A DNA stretch of 64,000 nt from Vicugna vicugna. Lineage: Eukaryota. A program made the position numbers and the translations under genes. The stretch spans positions 8,026,407 through 8,090,406 of the forward strand of contig MU058584.1 in assembly GCA_013265495.1 (NCBI GenBank). The letters run 5' to 3'. The notes beneath the pieces are model-generated. The model did not search any database and was not told the origin of the DNA. It saw only the letters and a list, made by a program, of their open reading frames with translations. Each line of letters begins with the position of its first letter. The stretch's first letter is position 1. Positions 62,161-64,000 of the stretch are shown here, piece after piece.

Positions 62161-64000
62161 CTTTTAACCTCATAATTCTACTCCTGTTATTTGGTGCCTA
62201 CTATTCTAGTCAGGTAAGTCCTGGGGAAAAGCTGTGTTCAAGAGACCAAGATGGATCTAGGAAGTGTTGTGTAAGGAAGAGCTTCCTCCACAGAAATCAC
62301 ACTGTATCATGCTAACTGATAAATGTCAATATTATGTCCGGAAGGGTAGAAGGTCTAAATCAGTGTCATCAGTGTAAGGCAAGGCTGGATGGAGGAGACT
62401 CAAAGGATGGAAAATGGAACCAAATGAGGCACAGCACCCCAGAGATCTGATAGAGGGGTTTTGGAGTGTGTGGTTGATGTGGCTGGATGAGTTGCAAGGT
62501 AGAGTACAGGTGCCCTGTTTATGGGGTTTCTATGATGAGTGATGTGGGCCATCTGGAAGCCCTTAAATGATCCTGTGGGGCAGAGAGTTGCTAGAACCAT
62601 ATTCTAGAAGGAAAATTAGGTCATGTCAATTTCCTGCTTAAACTACTGTTTTCTATATGATTAAAATCCAAAATTCTTGCCATGGTTCACAAGACTCATT
62701 GTGATTTGACTGTTACTTAACTTCATAGCCTCATTTCCATCACTTCTTTAGCACACGTGCCCTAGACACAGCAAGCTATTTAGAAATGCCTGAAAGTATT
62801 AAGCTATTTGGTATCTTTATGTAGGCTGCTTTCTCTGCCTGGAATGCCTGTGTTCTGTCCAGCTGGTCTGCTGTTCTCTGGTTTATTCTTTGAGACCCTA
62901 CTTAAATAGCTCCTCCTCCTTGACCTACTGTGTGTTTTTGAGCAGGTTGATGACATTGATGACATAATGAAAGATGTGTTTTAGGAAGAGAAATCTGTTG
63001 CTGCAGAGAAAAGACAGGAAGGCAGACACTAGTTATGCCTGTGATCACAGAATAAAGTAACGGCTTTGTAGGGATAGAGCTGTAACTGTAACAGACAAAC
63101 AGAAGTAAGTGCCATGGGCTTTTAATGATTGTGATGTGTTAGAGCAGCTGTTTACATAGCATCTATCTGGTGTGGTTTGCTAGATTTTCCCCCCACCCAG
63201 TATCTAAATGACATAGTCATTTTAAGACCTACAGTTGACCTAAGGTACTTTTGATTTTGAAGACCCCTGCCTCACATAATGCCAAACATATTAAATTGCT
63301 CTACCATCCAATATTAAATATAATACATTAATGATAAAAAGATTCAATTGAGCTGAAGCTGATGGTTGAAAAATGTTACATTTTGTTAATGTTGACAACA
63401 AACTGATGGTTAAATTTTTCATTTTTTTTTCCTGGGCAGAATGAAATAAGAAATATGCATAGGCTAAAATCAGCATGACAAAAAAAAGTGTTTAGTAATA
63501 AGATTTTATTTCTCTGCTACCAAGCAATAGAAAACTGGTAAAAAGATCAGTGACTTCCAGGATTCAGATCATGTTTTTCAATAATAACAAACTTGATTAA
63601 AGCTGAATGGTAGTTTGCATCCTCCACATGCTTAGCTTTTCTTTCCTCCTTCTTCCCGTATTCACCCTTTTCAGTGGTAACATTACATACCAATAGCCTT
63701 TCAGAAAAATAATAATTTTTAGGCTAACAGGAATTGTTAACAAAAAACTTCACTATTTCTTTCCATGTATTCTTCTGGGGCTCAGCCTGTAGCATTTAAT
63801 ATGAACGAACTCTTCAGCGTAGAATCATAGAAAAGTGTGGCTCATGAAACAATTGTCTAAAATGATGGACATTCCTTTCCTAGTCTTCTTTAATCTCCCT
63901 TGTCTGTGTTGATTGGGTCTCCAGCTACCAAAGCTATCAGGCCAAAAGAGGTTGACCTAGTGCTGTGAGAAAAAGAGAAATAAACCTGACAACTTTCATC

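Overview
Mammalian (eutherian) genomic DNA from a draft assembly, with one 638-N gap. No convincing host protein-coding exon is visible, so it is most likely intronic or intergenic. The window is dominated by interspersed repeats: old L1M, L2, MIR, MaLR/ERVL LTRs and MER5A/MER58/MER112/Tigger-derived DNA elements, plus several young lineage-specific L1 copies. I see no Alu, B1, Bov-A, PRE-1 or Can-SINE, and the young L1 3' ends look to me like camelid L1, so a camelid/artiodactyl source is inferred but not proven. The main object is a 4.8-kb, two-LTR, class II (betaretrovirus-like) endogenous provirus on the minus strand at 42167-47001, flanked by a CGTTC target-site duplication. It has a dUTPase-protease and a beta-type env, yet its primer-binding site matches tRNA-Trp, the alpharetroviral primer. 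Its LTR has AATAAA only ~16 nt after the TATA box. It also shows a duplicated, divergent leader plus gag start joined at the PBS end (likely a recombinant), large deletions in gag and pol, and a G-to-A (APOBEC3-like) footprint concentrated in pro/pol. Other notable items are a clear twin-primed (inverted) L1 and an L1 with a probable short 3' transduction. Repeat family names are assigned from memory of consensus sequences, and boundaries of old repeats are approximate.
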